A stretch of 64,000 bases of DNA from Eledone cirrhosa (Eukaryota): positions 128,712,001 to 128,776,000 of the forward strand of contig OZ024740.1 of the NCBI GenBank assembly GCA_964016885.1. Direction: 5' to 3'. Below, piece after piece: positions 1 through 10,725 of this stretch (the first letter of the stretch is position 1; each line of letters begins with the position of its first letter). The notes under the pieces were generated by a model. It saw nothing but the letters and a program-made list of their open reading frames with translations. It was not told the origin of the DNA and did no database searches. Both the position numbers and the translations under genes were made by a program.

Positions 1-500
1 TTCATCTATTAACTTGATCACAGCATTTTACTGCCATTTACTTTTCCACTTATGACTAAATGTAAAGTAAAATATTTTCCATCTTTGCATAATAATGTTT
101 ACCATTTAAAGATACTCACGCTATAATCACCTTGGATGCAAGTACATCAATTTTCTCATCACTTATATTCACCAATAATGAATATAATAGAAAATGCGCT
201 TTATATTGTTAAAATGCTGGAGGAAGTTGACGAAAACATGTATTCACCAAACAATCTAACTATGAAAATTATCCACAGCTTGTACTAGAAATATGATGTG
301 TACACATTGAGCAGAGTAACACATACCTGTTTGATCTAGTTTTCCAGACATCATAGTATCTACAATCGCTGGTGCCTCAAAATAAATACAACACCCTTCA
401 AATATACGTGCATACACACTTCGAATATATTCTCTCTGTCACTTTCAGTAAAATATACATCCTGACACACATTTGCAGATATCAATACATACACATAATG

Positions 501-728
<228 letters not shown>

Positions 729-745
729 CACACTATCTATCTATC

Positions 746-870
746 ATATGCTTGCAAGCGTAGTTACGTCCGTTTACGATCTGAGTTCAAGTCCCGCCGA
801 GGTTGATAAAATAAAATACCAGTAATGCACTGGATAATTGGTGGTCTTGTGCCAAAAGTACAAACAATTA
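746..870 (+). mobile_element. tRNA-derived SINE, 5'-truncated with internal deletion
   Basis: B box GAGTTCAAGTCCC and 3' part gtaatgcactgg...cttgtgccaaaagtacaaacaatta match the full copy at 25955. Confidence 0.85.
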
Positions 871-877
871 TATATAT

Positions 878-1059
878 GGTGGATTAGCAGTATGGGTAGA
901 GGGTCGGACGCCATGCTTTGCAGCAAAGAATTCCGTCCCTTTATGGTCTGAGTTCAAATCCCGCCGAGGTTCACTTTGCCTTTCATCATTACGGGTCGAT
1001 AAAATAAAGTACCAGTAATACACTTGGATAATGGCTGGCCTTTTGTAGAAAGTAGAAAG

Positions 1060-1065
<6 letters not shown>
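878..1065 (+). mobile_element. tRNA-derived SINE, near full length
   Basis: A-box-like TAGCAGTATGGG, B box GAGTTCAAATCCC, core ctttgcctttcatcattacgggtcgataaaataaagtaccag; collinear with the copies at 25955 and 44070. Confidence 0.9.
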
Positions 1066-1114
<49 letters not shown>

Positions 1115-1160
1115 CATAATACTACGATAGAATGGGTATCTATACCTAACAAGTACATCT

Positions 1161-1205
1161 TTGCTTCTGATGATAGTCTACTTTGATCGGGAAATCGATT
1201 AAAAT
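1161..1205 (+). ncRNA. Degenerate minimal type I hammerhead ribozyme motif
   Basis: CTGATGA 1167-1173, GAAA 1191-1194, palindromic stem III ATCGAT; stems I and II imperfect. Confidence 0.4.
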
Positions 1206-1587
1206 ATTTATCATCTTTCCGATTTACAAGGAAATTCGTATTTTATAGGATGTTGTATGTCCATATATTAGATATGTGTATATACTGTAAGTATATACAA
1301 GTTGGTGCGGCCGCAGTTTCATACGATGTATTTGTACTTATATGACGTTATCATACAATTTGGCTGCTAGTGCACCTCATATATGTATTTATAATGACAG
1401 AGAGTCTGTGGTGCTAGAGTGGGAGCCACTAATCATGAGAGTACTCATACAGGGGTAGATGTAGAGTGGGTATAGAAATATAGAAATATGTGAAAATCCG
1501 ATATCGGTGCAGAAAGCGATCGGTGCCGGGGTCGGAGTTTTAGATGTCTCTCTATCTCACACACCTACTCTCTCCCACCCTGTTTCC

Positions 1588-1760
<173 letters not shown>

Positions 1761-1770
1761 TCTATCTTTC

Positions 1771-2492
1771 TATTTTTCCTTTATTTTTTTCTCTTTTTTC
1801 TGGGTTAGAAAATGTTTAAAACAAACATTTTTACTTTGTGTGAAGTGTTAAGGTATTAGTTAATTAATTTATTTATTAACAATATCACTTATTTATTTAT
1901 TTATTTAATTATATATTTAATCATTTTCTACTACCGGTTTCAGCATTTTATGCATTATCAAAGGGGGAATGTAGGAGAGAAGATAAGGTCATGTTGAACA
2001 TGTTAAGGAAATGGGAAAGAAAGAATAATATTATTCACAAACAAGGTTTTTGAAGTAAAAAGAATAAAAGAAAAAAAAGAGGGTAATGTGGAACATGATA
2101 AAATAATGGGACAGAAATAATAATATTATTTACAAGCATAGTTCTTGAGGATAAGCAGTTCAAAAAGTGTTATTATGGCAAGAGCGCTTGGTTGATCCAT
2201 GGTAGTCTGGGGTATGCTTTCCCTTTTTAGAGAGTTAATATTCAGGGGGGAGGGGGTAATTGAGGGTGGTTGGGTAGGAGAGGGAGATGAGAGGGGGTAA
2301 TTCTTTTATATAAGAAAAAGGATTAGGTAGGGTGTGAGGGAGGTAATTCTTTAGAGAACGTAGGAATTTGGGGGCTTTGGTTCAATATTCGTTCCAGTTT
2401 TAGTTTAGTCCGATGTTTAGTTTATTAAGTAGAGGTTGGAATTTGTTAATGAATTACATTTCCTTATTGGTGCGATGGATGAAAGAAGCGTT
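1771..2492 (-). repeat. Penelope 3' pseudo-LTR
   Basis: Aligns by eye with 6426-7181 from tattttcctttatt...tgggttagaaaatg to cttattggt.cgatggatgaaag. Confidence 0.9.
1928..1968 (-). ncRNA. Hammerhead-like motif in pLTR (U3-A8 variant)
   Basis: Minus strand reads TTGATAA-t-GCAT aaa ATGC-t-GAAA-CCGG-TA; stem I weak. Confidence 0.5.
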
Positions 2493-5400
2493 GTCTATGA
2501 ATTTGTAAATGGGTAATATTTTTAAGTTTGGTTGTTGGTTAGGTGCACAATTGGCGATATGTTCGCTAAAAGCAATCTTTCTGTATTCCTGTATTTTGAT
2601 TTGTGATCTATGGACGGTCATACGTTGTCGGTGGCTGTTTTTTGTCTGTCCTACGTAGTGCTTTCGACAACCTGAGCAGGTCAAAATATAGATTAGGTTT
2701 TGAGATGCACATGTAAAGTTGTATTTAACTGTGAAACGTTGTCCTTGTTTAAAGTGGAATGTTGAACCTTCTATTAGATTTATGCATACGGAAGGCCCAA
2801 CTTCCGTATGCATAAATACGGAAGTTGGGCCTTCCGTATTTATGCATAAATACGGAAGGCCCAACACACATTTGGGCCTTCCGTATTTTTTACTGTAGGG
2901 TTCATGGTGACGGTTGGTTTGATTTTAGCTTGTGTTAGGTTGTTTTTTATGGATTTAGATTGTCTCTTGCTCTTTATGATGTTGTGAGTTTGGAGGATTT
3001 CGTTCATTCTTGGGTCCCTGTTTAGTATGGGAATGTTCTGGAGGATGGTGTCGAATGCCTCATTGTTGAGGGGTTGTGTGTGGAGATGTACGGTAGAGTT
3101 TTTTGTTTCGGTTCATTCCTTAGTTTGGGGTGTCTGAGTTCCTGGATGTTGAGTTTTAGGGCACGCTGGAATCCATTGTTGATTGGGGATGGTGGGTAGT
3201 ATCTGCTGATAAGTGAGTTCTTTAATTATTCTAGTTGTGTGTAGCATGTGTATTTATCTCAAACTATTGTGCAGATCCTTCTGGATAGGTTATAAGGAAT
3301 TGCCATTTTGGCATGGCGAGGGTGGCACGAGTTAAATGGAAGATATTGTTTGGAGTCTGTGGGTTTGTAGAACATGTCTGTTTCTATTTTGTGATTTGTT
3401 TTCTTGATGCGGATGTGAAGGAAAGGGAGTTGATTATGGCTGTATTCCATTGTAGATTGTAAGTTTGTGTTGAGTCCATTTAGAAGTGTTTTAAACTCAA
3501 TCAGTCTTTCTATACTTTCATGCTAGAGGATGAAGCAGTCGTCCAGCTATCTCTTCCAGTTTTGTTCTGTGTGTAGGTAGAAGTGGCTACCGTATTTGTC
3601 TAGAACTTTGCAGAAGAGAGTAGTTTCCAAATACCCCATGACAAAGTTGGCGTATGAGGGTGCTGCTTTCGTGCCCATGGCAGTCCCAAATTTCTGTCTG
3701 TAGTATTTGGCATCGAATTCGAAGAAGTTATTTTCCAAGACGAATTTGAGGCCCTCCATCACCAATTGTTTAGGGATGCGCTGTGGAAGTTCACTAGGGA
3801 CATTTTCAAGCCAGAATTGTATTACCTCTATACCTAGGTTGTGAGGGATATTGGAATATAGATTGATGACATCAAAGGTTACTAGTATAGTATGTTCATT
3901 ATTAAGTGTTGTTGGGAGGTGGTTGAGCATGTCAAGATCGTCCCTTAAGAAGCTTTTTATATGTTTTAGGAAAGGTTTAAGCAGAATATCTAGGAAGTTG
4001 CTTAGGTGGTGGGTTTCACTTGTGGTACCTGCTATTATGGGTCTTAATTTGAGGTAATCAGGAGGGGAGATATTGATGTAAATGTTTGTGACTTCCTTAC
4101 AGGCCCCGACTATTACTTCGCTTTCGTGTGTCTGTCTTTGGGATAGCGTAGAAAAGGTTGGTTCTGCTTTTGAAATTGGTGATGTAGTTGTATTACTTAT
4201 CGGTAAGGCCTTCTTTGTAAAGGGTTGTTAGGGATTTTAGGTTTCTCATTATTTTCTGCTGTGTGTAGTGTTGGGACTTTTCGTAATATGTTTGGTTTTC
4301 TAGAGTTGAGAGTACTAGAGTCGAGTAGTAATCTGTCTTCATAAGGACTACTGCACTCCCTTTATCCACCTCTTAGATTGTTAGGGATTTGTCGTTCTTT
4401 AGTCTGTTAAGACCATTCCATTCTTTTTTGCTTAGGTTTGGTTTTTGTTTATGTCTGTATAGGTGGTGGTATGGGTAATTAATGTGTTCGCAGAATTGAT
4501 CGAGGAATTTTTTCTTGCCTTTTGGTGGGGTGTAGTTGCTTCTACTTCTGGCTATTTGAGACATCCTCATTGTATTTGTCGTATGTTTTAGTTTTCTACA
4601 GAATTCTGCAATGTCTTTCTTCACTTCGGGGTAGCTTGGTCGTTTGGGAGTCGTTGTAAATTTCATACCTTTGGCGAGTATGTTGATTTGGTCTGTTGTT
4701 AATTCTTTAGGGGTTAAATTAACGATTCTTACTACATTTTGTGTCTCCTGTGTGTTTTGTGTTATCTCGTTACCCTGTGTCTGTGTGCTGTGTCTAAAAC
4801 ATGACTACGGAAGTTGTGGTGGCTGTTGAAGTTTGGATGTCTCTTATGGCTGTATTGGCCCCAGCTATTGTTGTTAGAGGGTGTGTAGTTGTGGTGGTTG
4901 TTGAAGTTAGGTTGTATCGTGTGGTTGTATTGAGCCCTACTGTTGTTTTTGTATGGTGTGTAGATTTGATGGACGTGGTTATAGGTTGTGTTGTTGTGGT
5001 GGTTGTTGAAGTTAGGTTGTATCGTATGGTTGTATTGAGCCCTGATCTTGTTGTAGGGTGTGTAGAATGTGTGGTAGTTGTAGTAGGGTTGTCTTGTGTA
5101 GTTATATTGAGTCCTGCTGTTGTTGCTGTTGTATGGTGTGTAGTTATGGTGGTCGTAGTGGTTACGGTGTCTCGTGTGGTTGTATTGTCGCGTGCTGGTG
5201 TTGTTGTAGGATGTGATTAGTGGAGGAGGGTAGATTAGGATTTCCTTATAGTTGGTGTGTGGTTGTGAGGCCCTATGTGGCACGTGTGGTAGTTGTGTAT
5301 TTTGGGTTCTATGTTAAAAGTAATGATGGTTGTGGGTTTGTCGTGTGGGGATGATAGAGGGGTTGTAAGGGTGGAGTTTCTATGGTTTTTCCTGGTGGGA

Positions 5401-6309
5401 GAGAAGTTGTAGTGTCTATCTTGTAGCTGATGTTTCTCTATTACTATATTTTTTGCTTGGGAATCCGTGTGGTAGCTATGTGGTGTTGGAGGTAGGAGAG
5501 AGGTGATGCCTTCTTTTTTGGGTATGTGGGGAGGTATTGCATTTTTGATGTTCTTGGTTGTTGTGTGGTGTCCGGGTGGTGATTGGGTTTTCTGGTTATT
5601 TTGGTTTTAATGAAGGGGTTCTTGGATGTGTGTTCCTTTTGGAAAAGTGTTTCATAGTTAGAGAACCAGGTTTCGTTTATTTCTCAACGTTGAAGGGATT
5701 TTAATTCTTCCTTATTACAGTCATGTAACCATAGTTTTGAAATATTTTCTAAGGTGGTGTCTTTGGTTTTATTGATAATTGCTCGATTAATCTCATCGTC
5801 GATTGATTTGATCCTATCTTCATTTGCTTGGGCTTTCAATATAAAGGTGTTCAATTTCGGTTTTCATGTTATCAAGTACCATTCTTTCCTTGAGGCGTCT
5901 TTGTGTCTCGGGTTCGTTTGGGATGTATTTAATTTGTAGTTTGCGGGGAAGGATTAATGGGGATGTTAATCTATTTTTCATAGGTCTCCGTTTTGTTATT
6001 ATTTTGTATCATCTTCCAAAAAGAGAATTTCCTGTTCTTAGAGATGTGTACCATTGTGGTATTAGTATTAGTGTCATGTGTTTTCTCCATTGCATGAATA
6101 GGATTTGTGATGTTATTCAGGTGTGTTTTTTTTGTTTCACATAAGTTGTTGATATTGTCGCTGATTTCATAGGGTGTGTATTTGGGGATTGTTACTTCAC
6201 TTGTAGAATTAATTTGGTTGGCGAGCATTGACAAATTAGAGTTTATTTTGTGTAGTTCTTGTAGTATCTCTTTATTGACGTTAATGAGAGTTTTTGTTTT
6301 AGTTGGCAT
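2400..6309 (-). pseudogene. Penelope polyprotein (N-terminal region, H/N/Y-rich repeats, RT, GIY-YIG), broken by stops and frameshifts
   Basis: ORF fragments 5971-6309, 4762-5283, 4373-4666, 3547-3930, 3259-3450 and 2454-2867 occur in canonical PLE domain order. Confidence 0.9.
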
Positions 6310-6425
6310 TTTATGTCGTGTGGGAGTAAATAATAATTATAAAATGTGGAGAAGCAGCACACGAGTTGGAATACATATATATGTAAATAGGGGAGAAAAA
6401 GACAATTATTAAGAAGAAAAATATA

Positions 6426-7181
6426 TTATTTTCCTTTATTTTTATCTCTTTTTTCTGGGTTAGAAAATGTTTAAAACAAAATATTTTACTTTGTGTGAAG
6501 TTTTAAGGTTTTAGTTAATTTATTTATTAATTAACAATAGCATTTATTTATTTATTTATTTATATATTTAATAATTGTATATTACCGGTTTCAGCATTTT
6601 ATGCATTTTCAAAGGGGGAAAATTGTATTTGTATAAAATGTAGGAGAGTAGATAAGGTGATGTTGAACATGTTAAGGAAATGGGAAAGAAAGAATAATAT
6701 TATTTACAAACAAGGGTAAAAGAAAACAAGTAAAAAGAAAATAGAAAAAAATCGTGGTGATGTTGAACAAGATAAGGTAATGGGACAGAAAGAATAATAT
6801 TATTTACAGGCATAATTCTTGAGGATAAGCAGTTCAAAAAGTGTTATTATGGCAAGAGCGCTTGGCTGATCCATGATGGAAGCAAATTATAGTCTGGGGT
6901 TCGATATGTTTTCCCTTTTTAGAGAGTTAATATGCAGGGGGATGTAATTCTGGGTGGTAAGGTAGGAGAGAGAGATGAGAGGCGCTAATTCATTTATATA
7001 AGAACAAGGATTAGTTAGGGTGTGAGGGAGATAACTCTTTAGAGAACGTAGGAATTTGGGGGTTTTGGTTAATTGTTCGTTCCAGTTTTAGTTTAGTCCG
7101 AAGTTTAGTTTATTAAGAAGAGGTTGGAATTTGTTAATGAAGAAGGCTTCCTTATTGGTACGATGGATGAAAGGGGCATTC
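6426..7181 (-). repeat. Penelope 5' pseudo-LTR (tandem 3'-end copy)
   Basis: Direct repeat of 1771-2492, including the last codons of the ORF, as expected from PLE tandem insertion. Confidence 0.9.
6580..6620 (-). ncRNA. Hammerhead-like motif in pLTR (second copy)
   Basis: Minus strand reads TTGAAAA-t-GCAT aaa ATGC-t-GAAA-CCGG-TA; the core differs from copy 1 only at N7. Confidence 0.5.
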
Positions 7182-7316
7182 GTAACTGTTGCAAAGTCAA
7201 ATGCTCAAGAACTTTAATACCCCGTACTATACCATGTCTCAATTATATAATAATTGTTTTTTTTATTTACGTGTTATTCTACTGAAACACACACATGCAA
7301 ACACAGTGAGAATCAA

Positions 7317-7347
<31 letters not shown>

Positions 7348-7769
7348 ACGAGGGAGCGAGAGAGAAAGATGGAGAAAGAGATAAAGGAAGACGCGATAAA
7401 GAGAAGGACAATTAGAGAGAATATTTTAGCCGAAGTAAAAAACAGTTCAACAATTTCTCTGACGCCTTCTGTTCCTTGTTGCAAAAGCTGGCTGAATAAA
7501 AGATCCACGAAATAACTTTAATAAAGTGTCCTGAGATCATGATTAAGATCAAATATATTGTTCTACTTTGTACGTCACATTGGGGGAAAAAGTTAAAATT
7601 TAAAATAATTTGTGAAAAAAATAAAAACAGTTACATTTATCATTTTTTTTTGCATTTTACTTTTTCCCCTTTCTATCGTTTTTGAAATTATGTGGTTTTA
7701 CGAATCAAATAAATAAAATGAAATGTTCTATTAACAACTGAAAAGAAAATCAATATTTCATTACATTTT

Positions 7770-8135
7770 TTACAAAATAATTTTACGTTTTTTTATTTTC
7801 GTTGATTTTTCTTATTTTGTTTATAAATTCGATATTTGAGATTTGATGTAAAAGAAATCACTAACCAAGCATACATAGTTCGGATCAAATAGATGAACTT
7901 TCTAGCAGCATTCACCGTCTGTTCATTTGTTGATTTTTACCAGTTGCCTTAGCCCTCCAACCTATGAAACCTTTGTTTATTTAATTTAAATTTTCGTTTC
8001 AAAATATTACGCCTACACGCAACCCGTCTGCAAATACACTACGAACTTCCTGGAGAATTCGGCAGTCTTTAATTTCTCCGTATCTAATGAGACATTGGAA
8101 CTGGTTTTTTACGGAATTATTTGATGAAATTTGAA
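7770..8135 (+). pseudogene. Possible decayed class A GPCR fragment (TM5-TM7/H8)
   Basis: Hand translation across frameshifts: IILRFFIFVDFFLFCL, FTVCSFVDFYQLP (FxxCxLP-like), TNFLENSAVFNF (NSAVNF-like), LRNYLMK. Confidence 0.33.
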
Positions 8136-8524
8136 TTTCAAATAATGGGAAATAATGTCAGAAATGTTATAGCAATTGTTAGACTAAAAAGACTACTGGT
8201 TTCATTGGGGTAAAACGTAAAGAAAACGGAATATGTTTTCGGTTATACTTTTGCTAAATTATATAATAAAATATTTATACGTTCATGCCTTTCAAGTTCA
8301 TGAGAATTACACAATGATTAATATTAAACAATGAGTAGAATTGATTTTTTTTCATTTTATAGCATGTTTTACAATGACGTTTGTGGTTCAAATAAATCTG
8401 GCCCAAGGAACCTTTTGTTGTATTTAGTCGAACAAATCATAAATACATCTATTTACACATGTAATATAGCTGCAATTTAAAAATAACAAACAAACCAAAT
8501 CAAATCTCTTGTTGTAGTGGTATT

Positions 8525-8525
<1 letters not shown>

Positions 8526-8586
<61 letters not shown>

Positions 8587-8717
8587 GTTGTAGAGGTGAT
8601 AGCAGTTGGCTGTAGCAGTGGTGGGAGTAAAACTAATAGTAGTACCTCTCATAGAAATAACTGCAATTATATTAGCCGCCACGTCCATTGTAGCGAAAAC
8701 AATAGCAAAGGTCATGC

Positions 8718-8771
<54 letters not shown>

Positions 8772-8801
8772 CGTAGTAGTAGTAGTCGTAGTAGTAGTAG
8801 T
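8526..8801. repeat. Inverted pair of microsatellites, (ACT)n 8526-8586 and (AGT)n 8718-8801
   Basis: Direct reading; the two tracts are reverse complements. Confidence 0.9.
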
Positions 8802-9029
8802 ATTAAATTCCTTTTAAATATCCTTATGTTTGCTAGCACTGGTCAGTACCGAGAAGGGGGAAACATTTTCTACGGCTCACTAGAGTTATGTCCTGGAATG
8901 TTTTATTTCCGAACAGTGAAGTTATACTGAATAACTAATCTAATTTTACTTTCTAACATATACCGAGCTGCTAGATGTTTGTCGACAGGTAATGTGGGTT
9001 ATATTGACCCCAGTATTATTATATGGAAT

Positions 9030-10070
9030 CCCGAAGAATGAGAAGCAATCTAACACAATTGGATGAAAAAGTGCATTAAAATAAGAAAACGAAAAACAGT
9101 GTGATATATAACAGGGTGTCTCATTAGTAAACATTGTGTTACGGCCAGTGCGTTGGAAGTTATATTGCGACTAACATACTGAAAATATCAGCTTTGATTT
9201 TCCACGGTATCTCACTGTTATACATCAAGCTATATTCTTCTCACTCATATCCGTAAATGCAATAGAGCCGCCTTCCTGTTAAACAATTTACATGAAACGT
9301 GAAACCTTTTAACTCTAATTATCATTGCTGCGACGGGTTTGGAAATAGTCAAGTAAACCCACTTAAATATTCTCGAGTAATTATTATTTTATGTCAGGTA
9401 GTTGTAATGAAGCCCTATATTCGTTATTCGAATATATACTTCTGAGAAATAATCACGCGCTAAAGAGGGAAAATAAGAGATTTCTAATTATCATTCGCAT
9501 TTGAAACAATGTGTGGGATGAAATAGATACCTCCATTATTTCTAGAGAGATATTGAATCACGTTTGAACTACTGCCTCAAATAATGTCTTTAAACACGAA
9601 TGCAAGAATAATTTAAAATAGAAGTTATCTATTTACAACATAGAACTATCAGTTTAATATGATACAAGCACCAATATAAAAGTAGGTCGTAACATTTGAT
9701 ATTCGAAGCGTAAGGTAAAAGTAACAGTTAGTTTCGTTATTACTAATAAAATAAATGAAAACAACAAAAATTTGGTACCGGGTTTTAAGAAGGACGAATA
9801 TATACGAAGAAAGAAAAAATACATTAACAAAATCTAATGTCTATAGATCAATGTAAAACAGCCAAAGACGATAGCACTAGATTGGTTTGAGTTCAACAGC
9901 ACAGTGATGAGAATTATTTCATACGAAGCATTGAAATTTGATTGTGTTGTTTGTTAAGTGAAGCAATTACATTGGGTGAGTGCCTTCAAGCACCAGCCTT
10001 TCACTCTTTTCTGAAAAGTATTGTGAAGATTAAATTAGCACAGACCTCAGCAGACGAGTAATAACCTATA
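9030..10070 (-). pseudogene. Possible decayed class A GPCR
   Basis: Minus strand: VCANLIFTILFRKE (TM1-like), KPVAAMIIRVKRFHVSCKLF (TM6-like), FSYFNALFHPIVL (TM7-like), in the expected order. Confidence 0.25.
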
Positions 10071-10336
10071 AACAGATTTGTGGAATTCTTGGCAACATAA
10101 TATATCATCTATCCTTTTCTTTTCTTAACTGCTTTCTCATAACCCTTATCATGTTATCATTTTGGAAAAGCTGGTTACTACTTCGTAAATACAAAAGTAA
10201 TATCCATTGGCTTTGAAAAGATTTAATATTTCTAAATAGCAATAATGATCTTGAAGATGTTGTAGATGATACTATTAGTAATGATGATCACGAAGAATAT
10301 GATGTTCATAATAATGATGATCACAACCATGAATAT

Positions 10337-10508
10337 AATTGTTTCTACTTTTGGCACAAGGCCAGTACATTACTGGTACTTTCTTTTCTCGACCCCGTAA
10401 GGATGAAAGGCAAAGTTAACCACGACGGGATTTGAACTCAAACCGTAAAGGGACGTAACTATACTAGAAAGCATGGTGTCCAACCCTCTATGGTACTGCC
10501 AATTCACC
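10337..10508 (-). mobile_element. tRNA-derived SINE
   Basis: Reverse complement of the 25955 copy, with a short deletion. Confidence 0.9.
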
Positions 10509-10519
10509 TGAATTTCGTG

Positions 10520-10561
10520 TTGATGATGATCACCATCATGATGAGGATGATGATGATGATA

Positions 10562-10592
<31 letters not shown>

Positions 10593-10619
10593 CGAGGATG
10601 ATGATGGTAATGATGATGC

Positions 10620-10650
<31 letters not shown>
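10520..10650. repeat. (GAT)n-(AAT)n microsatellite
   Basis: Direct reading. Confidence 0.95.
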
Positions 10651-10652
<2 letters not shown>

Positions 10653-10710
10653 TTATTTCTACTTTAGGCACAAGGCCAGCAAATACCCATTGCATTACTG
10701 GTACTTTATT
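10651..10710 (-). mobile_element. SINE 3' fragment with (ATT)n tail
   Basis: tttctactttaggcacaaggccagcaaatacccattgcattactggtacttt matches the SINE 3' end. Confidence 0.85.
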
Positions 10711-10725
10711 AATAATAATAATAAT

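Larger units (their letters stand above)
1771..7181 (-). mobile_element. Penelope-like retroelement, decayed, with direct pseudo-LTRs
   Basis: Minus-strand fragments: RT (LVTFDVINLYSNIP, YRQKFGTAMGTKAAPSYAN), thumb (LPFL..DMFYKPTDSKQYLPFNSCHP), GIY-YIG (NLIYILTCSGCRKHYVGQT..RMTVH). 1771-2492 is repeated at ~6426-7181. Confidence 0.93.
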
